DNA of 64,000 nucleotides from an uncultured Erysipelotrichaceae bacterium (lineage in GTDB: Bacteria > Bacillota_I > Bacilli_A > RFN20 > CAG-826): the NCBI GenBank assembly GCA_902800645.1, contig CADCFC010000001.1, forward strand, positions 122,907 through 186,906, in the 5' to 3' direction. Positions 19,782 to 30,793 of the stretch are shown piece after piece. The first letter of the stretch is position 1. Each line of letters starts with the position of its first letter. The translations under genes and the position numbers were made by a program. The notes below the pieces were generated by a model. It was not told where the DNA came from and ran no database searches. It saw only the letters and a program-made list of their open reading frames with translations.

Positions 19782-21989
19782 ATGAGTAAAGAAGCATTAG
19801 TTAATGGTGGATATCCACTTCATACCTTCGAACAGCTCAAAGAAATATATCAGACATATATCACTGAGCCCAAGGATCGCCAGAGCATAGAAGATGCTTA
19901 TTCTTTTATTTTGGAAAAGCATAATGGTCAAATGCGCAAAAGCGGTGAACCATATTACCATCATCTTTTAGAAGTTGCTTATATTCTCGCTAATTTACAA
20001 GCTGGACCAGCAACAATTATTGGCGGTTTATTACACGATGTAGTGGAAGACACCGACGTCACAGTGGAAGATATCGAGAAAAGATGGGGTACAGACGTTG
20101 CTAAACTCGTCGATTCATTAACTAAAATTCAACGTTTGAAATTATCAAAAATTGAAAGTGAAGATTTTGAAGCCGAAGATCATCGAAAAATCTTTATCGG
20201 AATGGCGAAAGACATCCGTGTCATTATCATTAAACTCGCTGATAGATTACACAACATGAGAACATTAGGTTCTTTATCTCCGGAAAGACAAATCGCTCTT
20301 TCTAAAGAGACAAAAGAAGTCTTTGTTCCAATTGCTCATAGACTAGGTTTAGATAACATTAAATGTGAACTCGCTGACCTCTGTTTAAAATATTTAGAGC
20401 CAGAAAAATATAAAGAAATTACAATGCTTCTTTCTAAGAAAGAAAAAGCGACAACAAAGTCTCTTTCTATCTTCCAAAAGAAACTTGCTGATATTCTATT
20501 TGAACACAATATTCCTTTTGAAATCTTCTCAAGGGTGAAATCAATTTCTTCAATCTATGACAAGATGTATATCAAAGGACATTCATTCGATGATATCTAT
20601 GATATTCTTGCCTTAAGAATCATCACAGATACAGAAATGCGTTGTTATGAAATCCTTGGACTTATTCACCAAAGCTATAAGCCGGTCCCAATGAGATTTA
20701 AGGATTATATTGCTATGCCTAAACCAAACATGTATCAATCGCTTCACACAACAGTTATTTCAGGTGATGGCAACTTCTATGAAGTACAAATCAGAACCAA
20801 ATATATGGATGAAATCGCTGAAGCAGGTGTTGCTGCTCACTGGGCGTATAAAGAAAAGCGCGGATACGATCCTCAAGTCGAACAAAAAGAAATTGAAGAT
20901 AAATTACACTGGTTTAGAGACTTTGTCTCTATGAGTAATGAAAGCGACGGAAACGCTTCAGAGTACATGGAGACTCTTACGCACGATATTTTCGATGCGA
21001 ATGTTTATGTCTTTACTCCAAATGGCAAAGTCATTGAACTCCCTCAAGGTTCAACGCCAATCGACTTCGCCTATCGAATTCATACAAAAGTTGGTGATAG
21101 CGCAGTTGGAGCTTTAGTCAATGGCAGTATGGTTCCGCTTAATACAGTTTTAAAAACTGGTGATATGGTGGAGATTAAAACGAGCAAATCCTCGCCAGGT
21201 CCATCCGAAGGATGGTTAGACTTCGTTAAATCAAATTTAGCAAAATCACAAATCAAAAAATTCATCGCAAAGAAAAATGCCGAACTCATTAGAGATGAAA
21301 AGATTGCTAAAGGCAAACAATCTTGTCTAGATGCATTTAAAGATCGTGCGATTGAAGAAACCGAAATGATGGAGTTATTGACCCAGGACAAAGTCCTTAC
21401 TCAATTTGAATTTGAAACAGTTGATGACCTATTCATTGGCGTCGCTAATCGTAAACCAACTCCAGCAGCGATTATTGAGTTCTTAAAGATTAAGAAACCA
21501 CTTGTCCTTCCTACTGGAAAAGCAAAGATTAAAGGTAATGATTCTTGCCCAGTTTACTGTAGAGGTGCAGATCGCATTGCAATTAGTCTAGCAAGTTGTT
21601 GCACTCCAATTCCTGGAGATATGATTAAAGGCTATATCACTAGAGGAAAAGGAATTACTGTTCATAGAATTACTTGTCCAAATATTCTCAATTCTACCAG
21701 TAGACTTATCGATGTTTATTGGAAAGAAGACATTGAATATGCAACATATCCTGTTGATATTGCACTAGAAGCAAACGATCGACCAAACTTACTCGTTGAT
21801 ATTATGAATACAATGAGCAGTGCAAAAGTTACAGTGAGCTCAATTCACGCTCAACTGCAGCATCATAATCGTTCAATTACAATTGTGAATATCACAATTT
21901 ATGTAAGCGACTCAAAAAGATTAAGTGACATCTTCAACATTTTACAAAACGTTAAAGGCGTATACGATGTTAAACGTGTCATTCACTAG
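19782..21989 (+). CDS. relA: Bifunctional (p)ppGpp synthetase/hydrolase RelA/SpoT
   Basis: HD hydrolase domain (HLLEVAYILANL...LLHDVVEDT), synthetase domain, and TGS and ACT domains; 735 aa. Confidence 0.9.
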   Translation: MSKEALVNGGYPLHTFEQLKEIYQTYITEPKDRQSIEDAYSFILEKHNGQMRKSGEPYYHHLLEVAYILANLQAGPATIIGGLLHDVVEDTDVTVEDIEKRWGTDVAKLVDSLTKIQRLKLSKIESEDFEAEDHRKIFIGMAKDIRVIIIKLADRLHNMRTLGSLSPERQIALSKETKEVFVPIAHRLGLDNIKCELADLCLKYLEPEKYKEITMLLSKKEKATTKSLSIFQKKLADILFEHNIPFEIFSRVKSISSIYDKMYIKGHSFDDIYDILALRIITDTEMRCYEILGLIHQSYKPVPMRFKDYIAMPKPNMYQSLHTTVISGDGNFYEVQIRTKYMDEIAEAGVAAHWAYKEKRGYDPQVEQKEIEDKLHWFRDFVSMSNESDGNASEYMETLTHDIFDANVYVFTPNGKVIELPQGSTPIDFAYRIHTKVGDSAVGALVNGSMVPLNTVLKTGDMVEIKTSKSSPGPSEGWLDFVKSNLAKSQIKKFIAKKNAELIRDEKIAKGKQSCLDAFKDRAIEETEMMELLTQDKVLTQFEFETVDDLFIGVANRKPTPAAIIEFLKIKKPLVLPTGKAKIKGNDSCPVYCRGADRIAISLASCCTPIPGDMIKGYITRGKGITVHRITCPNILNSTSRLIDVYWKEDIEYATYPVDIALEANDRPNLLVDIMNTMSSAKVTVSSIHAQLQHHNRSITIVNITIYVSDSKRLSDIFNILQNVKGVYDVKRVIH

Positions 21990-21999
21990 GAGATAAATT

Positions 22000-23301
22000 A
22001 TGGAAATCATCAAAAATGTTAAAGGAACTCACGATATATTCGGTGGAGAAAGTAACAGCTACGATTACGTCGAATCAATAATGAAATCAATCGCTGAACT
22101 TTACGCCTATAATGGAGTTAGACCTCCAGTTCTCGAATATAGCCAAGTCTTCTCTAGAGGAGTTGGAGAAAGCAGTGATATCGTTAGAAAGGAAATGTAT
22201 ACATTTCCAGACAAAGGTGGCAGAGATTTAACTCTCCGTCCAGAATTCACTGCTGGCATCATGAGATTGGTTGTACAAAACAAGCTATACGCAACTAACG
22301 AACTTCCACTTAAACTTTACTATAATGGTCCAGTTTTTAGATATGAAAGACCACAATTAGGAAGATATAGACAATTCAACCAATTCGGCGTTGAATCAAT
22401 TGGAAATAATTCTGCGATGAATGATGTTGAAGTCATCGCTTTGGCATACACAATTTTATGTTCTCTTGGTTTAGAAGACGTCACCATTAAGTTAAATACC
22501 CTAGGTGACGATGAATCAAGAAATAATTATCGCAAAGCCCTTAAAGAATTTTTTGCAAATCATATTGAAAATATGTGTGAAGATTGCAAGAGCAGATATG
22601 AACTCAATCCTTTAAGAATATTGGACTGTAAGGTTCCAGAAGACCAAGAAATTGTTAAAGACGCTCCTAGTATTGGAAATTATTTAACAGAAGCAAGCAA
22701 ATTGAGATTTGAAGATGTGCAAGACGCTCTAAGCGCATTACATATCCCATATGAAATTGATGAAAGCTTAGTTAGAGGATTAGACTACTATTCTGAGACT
22801 GTTTTTGAGTTCCATTACAAGAGTAAAACCGGACAAGACTATGGCGCTGTCGGTGCTGGCGGACATTACGGTAAACTCATGATGGAATTAGGTGGCCCTG
22901 AACTTCCAGGTGTTGGTTTCTCTTTCGGCATTGAAAGAATTGTATCCGTCCTTAAGGACGATGGTCTATTAGTAGACAAAAATAACGAATTAGACTGCTA
23001 CATAATGCCTTTAGGAGAAAACGAAAGATTATTCGCTGAAGAAGTTGCTGTCCTATTAAGAAACAGTGGTGGCTACCGCGTTGATATGTGCTTTGATAAA
23101 ACCAAAGTCGGCAATATGTTTAAGCGCGCAAGTAATAAAGGTGCAAAATTCGCCGTTATTGTCGGTGAAGAAGAAGCTAAAAACGACTCAGTCGTTCTCA
23201 AGAATTTAGCAACACAAGAACAAGAAACTGTGAAACTAGAAAACATCATTGATAAACTCGATGAATTCTTTGATTCACAAGAAGAGGAGACTCAAAAATA
23301 A
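22000..23301 (+). CDS. hisS: Histidyl-tRNA synthetase
   Basis: Class II motifs, a HisRS-specific region and an anticodon-binding C-terminus; 433 aa. Confidence 0.9.
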   Translation: MEIIKNVKGTHDIFGGESNSYDYVESIMKSIAELYAYNGVRPPVLEYSQVFSRGVGESSDIVRKEMYTFPDKGGRDLTLRPEFTAGIMRLVVQNKLYATNELPLKLYYNGPVFRYERPQLGRYRQFNQFGVESIGNNSAMNDVEVIALAYTILCSLGLEDVTIKLNTLGDDESRNNYRKALKEFFANHIENMCEDCKSRYELNPLRILDCKVPEDQEIVKDAPSIGNYLTEASKLRFEDVQDALSALHIPYEIDESLVRGLDYYSETVFEFHYKSKTGQDYGAVGAGGHYGKLMMELGGPELPGVGFSFGIERIVSVLKDDGLLVDKNNELDCYIMPLGENERLFAEEVAVLLRNSGGYRVDMCFDKTKVGNMFKRASNKGAKFAVIVGEEEAKNDSVVLKNLATQEQETVKLENIIDKLDEFFDSQEEETQK

Positions 23302-25034
23302 TGGAAAGAACATGTTTTAACACTGAACTCAGTGAAAAAAACGTCGGTCAAGAAGTAACTCTTGTTGGCTGGGTAAGTAAAAAGAGAAATTTAGGCTCAA
23401 TTGTTTTCATCGATCTTAGAGATCGTAGTGGTATTATCCAAATCACCGCGAACGAAAACGTTAAGATTCCTGATATTCGTAACGAATATATCATTCAAGT
23501 TAAGGGGAAGGTTTCTTTAAAAGAAAAAGCCAATCCAAATCTTAAAACTGGTGCAATTGAAATTATCGCAAGTGAGATTAATATTATTAATACTGCTAAA
23601 ACAACTCCATTAATCATCGCAGACGAAACCGATGCGCTTGAAGATACTAGATTAAAATATCGTTACTTAGATTTGCGTAGACCAATTATGCAATCTTATT
23701 TAGATATTCGTCACCATATCAAAATGGCTGTTCACGAGTATTTATCAAAAGAACACTTCATAGAAGTGGAAACACCAATATTAACTCTTTCCACACCCGA
23801 AGGTGCACGTGATTATCTCGTGCCTAGCCGTGTACATCATGGAAAGTTCTATGCTCTTCCTCAATCTCCACAAATCTTTAAACAACTTTTAATGATTGGT
23901 GGTATGGAAAGATATTATCAAATCGCAAGATGCTTTAGAGATGAAGATTTAAGAGCGGATCGTCAACCAGATTTTACCCAAATCGATATTGAAACCTCTT
24001 TCCTTGATCAAGATCAATTCCTTACGATGATGGAAGGATTAATTAAAGAAATCTTTAAAAGGACAATCAATTACGATGTAAAACTTCCATTAAGAAGGCT
24101 TTCCTATAAGGACGCAATGGATAATTATGGTAGTGATAAACCAGACACTCGTTTTGATCTTAAATTAAACGAAGTTAAATCTATCTTCGCTAAAAGCGAA
24201 TTCGGTGGATTTAAGGATGTTGAAGCAATTAAAGCCTTGGTTATTCCTTCAGTAGCGTCTTCTACAAGTAGAAAAGTTATTGATGAATTAACTCTTGAAG
24301 CCAAAAAATTCGGATTAGGCGGTTTAAGCGTTATTAAATGTGAAAACGGTGAGTTTACAGGCTCCTTCGTTAAATTCCTCTCAGAAGAAGAAAAAGCGGC
24401 CTTAAAATCAACTTTAAGCATCAAAGATAATGATTTATTAATCATTGCTGCTGGCAAATATAATCGCGTATGCCCACTTTTAGGTGCGTTACGTCTTAGA
24501 TACGCTCGTGAACTTGGGCTTATTAAACCAAACACCTACGATTTATTATGGGTAGTGGACTTCCCGCTTTTTGAAAGAGATGTTGAAAACGGACAAATTA
24601 CTTCAACTCACCACCCATTCACTCGTCCTAGAGACGAAGATTTAAAATATTTAGATACAGATCCAACTAAGATTCTTAGCTATGCTTATGACATAGTCAT
24701 AAATGGTTATGAAGCTGGTGGTGGATCATTAAGAATCTATAACCAAGATGTTCAAAAGAAAATCTTTGAAGTTCTCGGATTAAGCGATGAAGATATCAAA
24801 CGTAAATTTGGCTTCTTTGTTGACGCTTTCCAATATGGAACTCCTCCTCATGCAGGTATGGCTTTTGGTCTTGATAGATTAACGATGATTTTAGGAGGAA
24901 CTGACAACATTCGTGATGTTATTGCCTTCCCTAAAAACCTCGCTGCTGTCTGTCCTATGTCTCTTGCCCCAAATGTGGTTGATCAAGCGCAACTTGACGA
25001 CCTCGGAATCGCTGTAACAGATTTCGAAAAATAA
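23301..25034 (+). CDS. aspS: Aspartyl-tRNA synthetase
   Basis: OB anticodon domain, QSPQIFKQLLM, FRDEDLRADRQPDFTQID, an insertion domain, and motif 3 (GMAFGLDR). Stop/start overlap with hisS (TAATG). Confidence 0.95.
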   Translation: MERTCFNTELSEKNVGQEVTLVGWVSKKRNLGSIVFIDLRDRSGIIQITANENVKIPDIRNEYIIQVKGKVSLKEKANPNLKTGAIEIIASEINIINTAKTTPLIIADETDALEDTRLKYRYLDLRRPIMQSYLDIRHHIKMAVHEYLSKEHFIEVETPILTLSTPEGARDYLVPSRVHHGKFYALPQSPQIFKQLLMIGGMERYYQIARCFRDEDLRADRQPDFTQIDIETSFLDQDQFLTMMEGLIKEIFKRTINYDVKLPLRRLSYKDAMDNYGSDKPDTRFDLKLNEVKSIFAKSEFGGFKDVEAIKALVIPSVASSTSRKVIDELTLEAKKFGLGGLSVIKCENGEFTGSFVKFLSEEEKAALKSTLSIKDNDLLIIAAGKYNRVCPLLGALRLRYARELGLIKPNTYDLLWVVDFPLFERDVENGQITSTHHPFTRPRDEDLKYLDTDPTKILSYAYDIVINGYEAGGGSLRIYNQDVQKKIFEVLGLSDEDIKRKFGFFVDAFQYGTPPHAGMAFGLDRLTMILGGTDNIRDVIAFPKNLAAVCPMSLAPNVVDQAQLDDLGIAVTDFEK

Positions 25035-25060
25035 GATGTTATATACTCTGTATATATAAA

Positions 25061-25089
25061 TACTAAATGAATACTAATTTTGTACTAAA
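25061..25089 (+). repeat. Phased heptamer array TACTAAA-N4-TACTAAT-N4-TACTAAA (11-bp period) upstream of tkt
   Basis: Repeat starts at 25061, 25072 and 25083. The third copy abuts the tkt SD GGAG. Confidence 0.5.
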
Positions 25090-25101
25090 GGAGATTTATT
25101 C

Positions 25102-27075
25102 ATGAAAGACATTAAAGAGTTAAGTGTCGCTACGATTAGAAGCTTATGTATCGACATGATTAACAAAGCAAATTCTGGTCACCCAGGAATGGCTTTAGGA
25201 AGTGCGCCAATTCTTTACACTTTGTTTACAAAGCATTTAGTCGCAAACCCTGAAGTTCCTGAATGGAGCAATCGTGATCGTTTTGTTTTATCGGCAGGTC
25301 ATGCATCTAGCTTACTTTATGCAATGCTTCACTTATGTGGATACAACATTTCACTCGATGATTTGAAACGTTTTAGACAACTCGATTCTTTAACTCCAGG
25401 ACATCCAGAATACCACTGGACACCAGGAGTTGATGCCACAAGTGGTCCTTTAGGACAAGGTATTGCTCAAGCTGTAGGTATGGCACTTGCAGAAGAATCT
25501 ATTGCTGCTAACTATACTGATGGTAAAAAGATTATGAATCATTACACATATGTTTTATGTGGAGATGGATGCTTGCAAGAAGGTCTTTCACAAGAAGCAA
25601 TCTCTTTTGCAGGACATCAAAAACTAAATAAATTAATTCTCTTCTATGACGCTAATCAAGTTACACTTGATGGCGGTCTTGATTTATCTTTCTCTGAAAA
25701 TGTTAAAGCAAGATTTGTTGCTAGTGAATGGAACGTGTTAGAAGTCAAAGATGGAAATGACTTAGTTGCAATTGATGAAGCGATTAAAGAAGCTAAAAAG
25801 TCTAAAGATAAGCCAACCATGATTCTCGTTCACACCGTTATTGGATTTGGCAGTGCTAAACAAGGAACTAGCAAAGTACACGGTTCTCCTTTAGGACTTG
25901 AAGACGGCAAACACGCCAAAGTGGAAGTTTATGGTTTTGATCATGAAGACTTCTTTGTTCCTGAAGAAGTTAGAAAGCATTTCCAAGAAACATTTGTTAG
26001 TCGCGGTAAGAAAGCTTATAGCGATTATCAAAAGAGTTTTGAAGAATATCGTGCAGAGCACGAGCAAGAAGCTAAACGCTTTGAAACTCTCGAACATTTA
26101 GATGTCTCTAGTTACATTCCAGAAGAGTTACCAGATTTCGTTGAAGGAAGCGCGACAAGCACACGTGTCGCAAGCGGAAAGGCACTTAACGCCTATATGC
26201 TCGCATGCCCAATGCTTGTTGGCGGCAGCGCTGACGTCGCTGGTTCGGTTATGACAAAACTTGATGGTGGAGTGAATTTCACTCCAGAGCACCGTGAAGG
26301 TCATAACGTTAACTGGGGCATTAGAGAATTCGCTATGGGATGTATGCAAAACGGTATGCTTCTCCATGGTGGAATTAGAAGCTATGTCGGTTGCTTTGCT
26401 GTTTTCTCAGATTATATGAAACCTGCAATTAGAATGGCGGCTTTATCTCATTTACCAGCAATATATTTATTCTCTCACGATAGTATCGCTGTCGGCGAAG
26501 ATGGTCCAACCCATCAACCAATCGAGCAACTCGCGATGCTTAGATCGATTCCAAACATGAGAGTTATTAGACCAGCAGACGAAAGAGAAACTTATGCTGC
26601 TTGGAAAGTTGCTCTTAAGAGCACAAAAACTCCAACCGCATTAATTCTATCTCGTCAAAATCTTCCATTACTCCCTAATAGTAGTGATGAAGGAGTGAGC
26701 AAAGGTGCTTATGTCGTTTCTTACGAAAAGAAGAAAGCTGATTTAGTTTTAATTGCCACTGGTAGTGAAGTTGCTTTAGCAATTGAAGCTCAAGAAAAAT
26801 TACTATTAAGACATATCGATGTCCGTGTAGTTTCTATGCCAAGCTGGGAAATCTTCCAAGAGCAAGATATTGAATATCGTCGTAGCGTTTTGCTTTTACC
26901 AAGTGAAAGAAGAGTGTCTGTTGAGATGCTTTCAACCTTCGGTTGGGGTAAATGGGCAAAATACCATATGGGCATTGATGGATTTGGTACATCCGCTCCA
27001 GCTAAAGATGCGATTAATAAATTCAAATTTAATAGCGACACTTTAGTTGAACTTTGTGCAAATATATTCAAGTAA
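25102..27075 (+). CDS. tkt: Transketolase
   Basis: TPP-binding GHPG...GDGCLQEG and a pyrimidine-binding domain; 657 aa. Confidence 0.95.
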   Translation: MKDIKELSVATIRSLCIDMINKANSGHPGMALGSAPILYTLFTKHLVANPEVPEWSNRDRFVLSAGHASSLLYAMLHLCGYNISLDDLKRFRQLDSLTPGHPEYHWTPGVDATSGPLGQGIAQAVGMALAEESIAANYTDGKKIMNHYTYVLCGDGCLQEGLSQEAISFAGHQKLNKLILFYDANQVTLDGGLDLSFSENVKARFVASEWNVLEVKDGNDLVAIDEAIKEAKKSKDKPTMILVHTVIGFGSAKQGTSKVHGSPLGLEDGKHAKVEVYGFDHEDFFVPEEVRKHFQETFVSRGKKAYSDYQKSFEEYRAEHEQEAKRFETLEHLDVSSYIPEELPDFVEGSATSTRVASGKALNAYMLACPMLVGGSADVAGSVMTKLDGGVNFTPEHREGHNVNWGIREFAMGCMQNGMLLHGGIRSYVGCFAVFSDYMKPAIRMAALSHLPAIYLFSHDSIAVGEDGPTHQPIEQLAMLRSIPNMRVIRPADERETYAAWKVALKSTKTPTALILSRQNLPLLPNSSDEGVSKGAYVVSYEKKKADLVLIATGSEVALAIEAQEKLLLRHIDVRVVSMPSWEIFQEQDIEYRRSVLLLPSERRVSVEMLSTFGWGKWAKYHMGIDGFGTSAPAKDAINKFKFNSDTLVELCANIFK

Positions 27076-27168
27076 TATCGCTTAGATAAATAAGAAGGAA
27101 TGGTTAAGCCATTTCTTTTTATTTTGAAGTCTTGATATATTTTATATATAATAGTTGCGGTTATAGAG

Positions 27169-27591
27169 ATGGAAAACTTATCAAGAAACAAACAGCACTT
27201 CATAATCATGACAGCGATTTATAACGAACTCGTTGATTTTTCTTTTGGAGAAGGAAAGCTTGTTAGAGACGCAACCGAGATGATTGCAGAGTTATGTGAA
27301 TGTGATAAAAGTGAAATCAAACCATATATTTTAGATACAGTTTTGGTTTCCTTACAAAAATATAGTGAAATCAAAACCGCCTATTCCAAATACTTAAAGA
27401 ATTGGAAATGGGAAAGATTGCCATTATTAACACAATCTATTTTGATGATGAGTTACACTCATTTCTATTACGTTGATAAAGCTGACAAGGCGGTTGTAAT
27501 TAATACCGCTGTTAGTTTATCAAAGGAATATATTGACGACAAACAAGCTAAATTCATCAATGGCATTTTAGATTCAGGCGTCTTAGCCTAG
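27169..27591 (+). CDS. nusB: Transcription antitermination factor NusB
   Basis: 140-aa all-alpha protein with a C-terminal ...FINGILD motif. The nusB-xseA-xseB-dxs order matches Bacillus. Confidence 0.7.
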   Translation: MENLSRNKQHFIIMTAIYNELVDFSFGEGKLVRDATEMIAELCECDKSEIKPYILDTVLVSLQKYSEIKTAYSKYLKNWKWERLPLLTQSILMMSYTHFYYVDKADKAVVINTAVSLSKEYIDDKQAKFINGILDSGVLA

Positions 27592-27595
27592 TTTT

Positions 27596-28732
27596 ATGAA
27601 TAGTTCTCCTATTTATTCCGTTAGTGACATAAATACATATGTTAAGGCTATCCTTTCTCAGGATGAGAAATTGAAATTCATCCATATTAGAGGAGAGATA
27701 AGCAACTTCAAAATGTATCCAAGTGGTCACTTTTATTTTTCTCTCAAAGATGAAAACTCAACGATCAGTGCGGTGATGTTTAATAGCTACGCTAAGCGTG
27801 TAACGTTTTCTCCTAAAAATGGAGATGAAGTGGTCGTGCTTGCTTCTATTGACGCTTATGTTCCTAGAGGCAGCTATAACTTAAACGTCTATGAGATGGA
27901 AGAAGTTGGCTTAGGTCAACAATTAGTAGAGCTAGAAAAGCTCAAAAAGAAACTTGCTAGTGAAGGTCTATTTGATGAATCGAGAAAAAGACCGATTAAT
28001 ATCTATCCAAAAGCAATTGGAGTTATTACCGCTCCTAATGGAGCCGCTATTAGAGATATCGTCACTAATATTAAACGTCGATATCCAATTGCAGATATAT
28101 ATGTCTTCCCTTCCTTGGTGCAAGGAGAACAAGCTCCTGAAAGCCTATTAAAGGCATTCTATAAATCTCAGGAATATGAATTAGATACCTTGATTATTGG
28201 TCGAGGTGGAGGCGCTAGTGAAGATTTAAGCGCGTTTAACGACGAAAAATTAGTAAGAGCGGTAGCAACAAGCAAAATGCCAATAATCGCTGCTGTAGGT
28301 CACGAAATCGATACTACATTAATCGATTGTATTGCTGATAAAAGAGCGTCAACCCCAACTGGAGCGGCAGAACTCGCTACTATTGATAGAAGAGAAATAG
28401 AAAAACAGTTCGAATATGCTTCATTAACTCTTGAGCAATCATTAACTGATGTAGTGAATGAGAAAAAAGAAGAATTAGAGTCTCTAAAAGAAGACTTAAT
28501 TGAGTCTTTAAGAGATATTATCAAAGATAAAAAAGAAGAAATTGATCATTTAAATAAGCAACTACAGTTGACTAATCCAAAAAATATATTGGAGAGGGGC
28601 TATTCGATTTCGCTAGATGAAAACGGGAAAGCAATATCATCAGTTAAAAATATAAAAGCTACTAGTAAAATCAAAACCATTCTAAGCGATGGCGAGGTTA
28701 TAAGTGAAGTTATTGAAATAAAAGGAGAATAA
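27596..28732 (+). CDS. xseA: Exodeoxyribonuclease VII large subunit
   Basis: N-terminal OB fold (VKAILSQDEKLKFIHIRGEISNFKMYPSGHFYFSLKD), a catalytic core and a C-terminal coiled coil. Confidence 0.85.
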   Translation: MNSSPIYSVSDINTYVKAILSQDEKLKFIHIRGEISNFKMYPSGHFYFSLKDENSTISAVMFNSYAKRVTFSPKNGDEVVVLASIDAYVPRGSYNLNVYEMEEVGLGQQLVELEKLKKKLASEGLFDESRKRPINIYPKAIGVITAPNGAAIRDIVTNIKRRYPIADIYVFPSLVQGEQAPESLLKAFYKSQEYELDTLIIGRGGGASEDLSAFNDEKLVRAVATSKMPIIAAVGHEIDTTLIDCIADKRASTPTGAAELATIDRREIEKQFEYASLTLEQSLTDVVNEKKEELESLKEDLIESLRDIIKDKKEEIDHLNKQLQLTNPKNILERGYSISLDENGKAISSVKNIKATSKIKTILSDGEVISEVIEIKGE

Positions 28733-28929
28733 TGATGGAAAAAGAAATTAATTTTCAAGAGGAACTCAATCGTTTAAATCAAATCGTGAACGATATCCAA
28801 CAAAAAGACGTCTCTATTGATGAAAGCTTAAAGCTTTTTGAAGAAGGAAACAAAATCATCAAAATTCTCCAAGAAGAACTAAAAAAAGCTGAAGCAAAGG
28901 TTGAAAAAATAATCGAAAGTAGTAAATAA
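28732..28929 (+). CDS. xseB: Exodeoxyribonuclease VII small subunit
   Basis: 65-aa helical protein, TAATG-coupled to xseA. Confidence 0.8.
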   Translation: MMEKEINFQEELNRLNQIVNDIQQKDVSIDESLKLFEEGNKIIKILQEELKKAEAKVEKIIESSK

Positions 28930-28940
28930 TACTATTTAAT

Positions 28941-30785
28941 ATGTCAAAAAAAGAAGTTCGCCGTTTTGAAATAGATAAAATTCAAAATCCAGATTTCCTT
29001 AAAGATTTGTCTTATAAGGAGCTAGATCTTTTAAGCGACGATATTAGAAAATATATCATAGATATAACAAGTAAAAATGGTGGGCACTTATCAAGTAATT
29101 TGGGCACCGTTGAAGCAACTATTTCTCTATGCAAAAATTTTGATTTCACTAAAGATAAAATCATCTTTGATGTAGGACATCAATGTTATACATATAAATT
29201 GCTCACTGGTAGAAATCTCAAAGATTTAAGACAAAAAGATGGAACGAGCGGATTCCAAAAAATGAATGAGTCTATCTACGATCATTATGAAGCCGGACAT
29301 TCTTCTACAAGTATTAGCGCAGCAGCTGGTATGGCGACCGCTAGAGATTTGAAGGGAGAAAAATATGACATTATCGCCTTTATTGGTGATAGTTCCATTC
29401 AAAACGGTTTGGCCTTTGAAGGATTAAACGAATTAGCGACGAGTGGACATAAAGTAATTATCGTTTTAAACGATAATGATATGTCTATTTCTAAAGGTGT
29501 CGGTGGATTGTCCAAGATATTTAGGAATTTTTCAACATCATTTATTTATCGCAAAACCAAAGGCTTCTTACACTTTATCTTACGCGGAAGATTTGGCCGC
29601 TATTTGCTTGTTAAATTTACCAAATTTAAAAACTGGTTTAAACGTAAGGTCATTAATATGACAATATTCGATAATTTAGGTTATTCAGTCATTGGACCAA
29701 TTGATGGTCATTATATCCGCCATATCGATCACGCCATAGAGAAAGCTAAAAAAATCAATCACTCTGTTGTCATTCATATTAAAACAATAAAGGGCAAGGG
29801 CTATGAATACGCCGAAGAAGACGTAGAAGGTGACTGGCACGGTGTTGGTAAATTCAATATTCAAACAGGTGAAATATCGACTAAGCAAGCAGAGGTTACT
29901 TGGAGTAGCCAATATGCAGTTTTATTAAAAAATGAAATGTCAATTAACGATAAAATCGTTACTATAGTACCTGCTACAGGTCACGGTAGTGCTTTGGATT
30001 CATTATTTAGCATTTATCCAAAACGTGTTATCGATGTTGGAATCAGTGAAGAACACGCTTTTACCTTTGCTAGTGGTTTAGCAGTTTCTTCATTTCATCC
30101 AGTAATTTCCATTTATTCAACCTTCTTACAAAGAAGTTATGATGAACTGTCTCATGATTTAGCGAGAATGAATTTATCTTGCACAATTTTAATCGATCGT
30201 TCTGGGCTTGTTGGTAACGATGGGGAAACTCATCAAGGAATTTATGATGAAGCCTTCTTATATACAATTCCTAACGTTACAATTGCGATGGCAAGTAGAA
30301 GTAACGAAGCTCTTTCTTTATTAAAAGAATCTACATGTAACCATGGAGTTTTCGCAATCAGATATCCTCGTGAATATTGTCTAAGTGAAACCCAAGAAGT
30401 CAAAAAGATCGCTTATGGTAGTTGGAAAAGTGAACTTGAAGGTAAAAATACCGCGATTGTTTCTACAGGTCCTTTAACTTTAAAGTTAAAGAAAGCTTTA
30501 ATAGAAGCAAAAAAGAATGTTACTTTGCTTAATGCAATATATCTTAGACCAATGGATGAAAATAAAGTTATTAGTCTCCTTAAATATGAGCGAGTCATTA
30601 TTTATAACCCTTACGCTACAAAAGAAGGCTTTGCTAATGCTTTAACTGAAAGACTTGCCGAGCTCGGCTATAAGGGTGAAATCATCATCAAATGTGTTCC
30701 TACAGAGTTCGTTAAACAAGCAACAATAGAAGAACAACGCAAATATTTTGGCATTGATATTAGTGACATTGTCTCACTTATTTAA
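28941..30785 (+). CDS. dxs: 1-deoxy-D-xylulose-5-phosphate synthase
   Basis: N-terminus ...GGHLSSNLGTVEATISL, TPP-binding GDSSIQNG...NDN, and transketolase-like pyrimidine and C-terminal domains. Confidence 0.9.
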   Translation: MSKKEVRRFEIDKIQNPDFLKDLSYKELDLLSDDIRKYIIDITSKNGGHLSSNLGTVEATISLCKNFDFTKDKIIFDVGHQCYTYKLLTGRNLKDLRQKDGTSGFQKMNESIYDHYEAGHSSTSISAAAGMATARDLKGEKYDIIAFIGDSSIQNGLAFEGLNELATSGHKVIIVLNDNDMSISKGVGGLSKIFRNFSTSFIYRKTKGFLHFILRGRFGRYLLVKFTKFKNWFKRKVINMTIFDNLGYSVIGPIDGHYIRHIDHAIEKAKKINHSVVIHIKTIKGKGYEYAEEDVEGDWHGVGKFNIQTGEISTKQAEVTWSSQYAVLLKNEMSINDKIVTIVPATGHGSALDSLFSIYPKRVIDVGISEEHAFTFASGLAVSSFHPVISIYSTFLQRSYDELSHDLARMNLSCTILIDRSGLVGNDGETHQGIYDEAFLYTIPNVTIAMASRSNEALSLLKESTCNHGVFAIRYPREYCLSETQEVKKIAYGSWKSELEGKNTAIVSTGPLTLKLKKALIEAKKNVTLLNAIYLRPMDENKVISLLKYERVIIYNPYATKEGFANALTERLAELGYKGEIIIKCVPTEFVKQATIEEQRKYFGIDISDIVSLI

Positions 30786-30793
30786 AAGATATT

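Noticed and set aside
21990-22000. Looked for T-box leaders upstream of hisS, aspS and glyQS, and for a T-box before tkt
   Set aside because: The intergenic spaces (10, -1, 96 and 67 nt) are too short and lack the AGGGUGGNACCGCG motif. Only valS has one.
29476-29661. Apparent extra segment in DXS (KIFRNFSTSFIYRKTKGFLHFILRGRF...) that looked like an insertion
   Set aside because: Compared with the E. coli Dxs layout, this is the normal variable linker between the TPP and pyrimidine-binding domains. The frame is continuous, so it is not an insertion element.
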